Shown here piece after piece: positions 61,302 to 61,327 of a stretch of 61,327 nt of DNA. The notes beneath the pieces were generated by a model. That model saw only the letters and a list, made by a program, of their open reading frames with translations, had not been told where the DNA came from and ran no database searches. The translations under genes were made by a program, and so were the position numbers. This DNA comes from Clostridia bacterium. Its GTDB lineage: Bacteria; Bacillota; Clostridia; Oscillospirales; CAG-272. Location: positions 1 through 61,327 of the forward strand of contig JAFYTT010000299.1 in assembly GCA_017558715.1 (NCBI GenBank), written 5' to 3'. Position 1 is the stretch's first letter, and every line of letters starts with the position of its first letter.

Positions 61302-61327
61302 GGAAGGAGGCGCTGATGATTTACACC
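61187..61327. repeat. Terminal direct repeat copy 2 (identical to 1..141)
   Basis: See copy 1. Confidence 0.95.

Larger units (their letters stand above)
1..61327. mobile_element. Complete temperate phage genome (contractile tail, PBSX/Xkd-like morphogenesis module), circularly closed
   Basis: Integrase, divergent repressor/cro switch, replication-recombination genes, terS/terL/portal/capsid, sheath/tube/TMP/baseplate and lysis genes in canonical order. Both ends share an identical 141 nt. Confidence 0.9.

Noticed and set aside
1-61327. tRNA, rRNA and tmRNA genes.
   Set aside because: Scanning the intergenic gaps by eye showed no GTTCGAATC-type T-arm boxes or cloverleaf-compatible segments. 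A tRNAscan-SE or Aragorn run would be needed to exclude them formally.

Overview
The window is a complete, circularly closed genome of a temperate contractile-tailed phage. Bases 1-141 are identical to 61187-61327, leaving 61,186 nt unique. The tail and baseplate genes follow the PBSX/Xkd order. Host signals look like a GC-rich Gram-positive (Bacillota-type) bacterium: GGAGG ribosome-binding sites, RecU, SleB-like hydrolase, LysM domains and a B. subtilis-type parS. All genes except three (integrase, a Zn-ribbon membrane protein, a cI-like repressor) are on the + strand.

Gene order, starting after the lysis cassette:
- A candidate sRNA and two consensus promoters carrying repressor-type operators (60.46-60.85 kb).
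- An operon of about 12 small genes with no recognisable function (60846..61301, then 130..3066 across the junction).
- A perfect parS 16-mer (3085-3100), a ribbon-helix-helix gene with its own promoter, a putative attP, and int.
- A divergent cI/cro switch.
- Recombination and replication genes: Rad50-like ATPase, RecT, MBL nuclease, DnaD-like organizer with internal iterons, DnaC-like loader, RecU.
- A SAM-centred cluster: MetK fused to an unknown N-terminal domain, a PD-(D/E)xK protein, a DUF5131 protein with a CX3CX2C motif, and a DUF4406-like protein. SSB follows.
- A late regulator and a ParB-N/DNA methyltransferase fusion that ends in a G11 tract.
- terS, terL, portal and head genes.
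- Sheath, tube, chaperone with a -1 frameshift, tape measure protein and baseplate.
- Two tail fibres, then the lysis genes.

The clearest specialised system is a complete diversity-generating retroelement (DGR) at 54.0-56.7 kb. It consists of a 135-nt VR at the C-terminus of a 2039-aa multidomain tail fibre, an 11-bp hairpin, an internally duplicated (tandem) Avd, a TR, a structured spacer and the RT. By hand alignment there are 20 VR/TR mismatches, and all fall on TR adenines.

Other signals worth a second look:
- The lone host-type parS.
- A 70-nt G-depleted CCTTAAAC-type element present twice (upstream of int, and between terL and portal). Each copy is preceded by the 14-mer TACAAGYACGGTGC, whose core also forms iterons inside the replication-organizer gene.
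- A family of TCTCG-N5-CGAGA operators.
- The G11 tract.

Everything here was read by eye from the sequence. No database search or RNA folding was run, so all family assignments are motif- and synteny-based.
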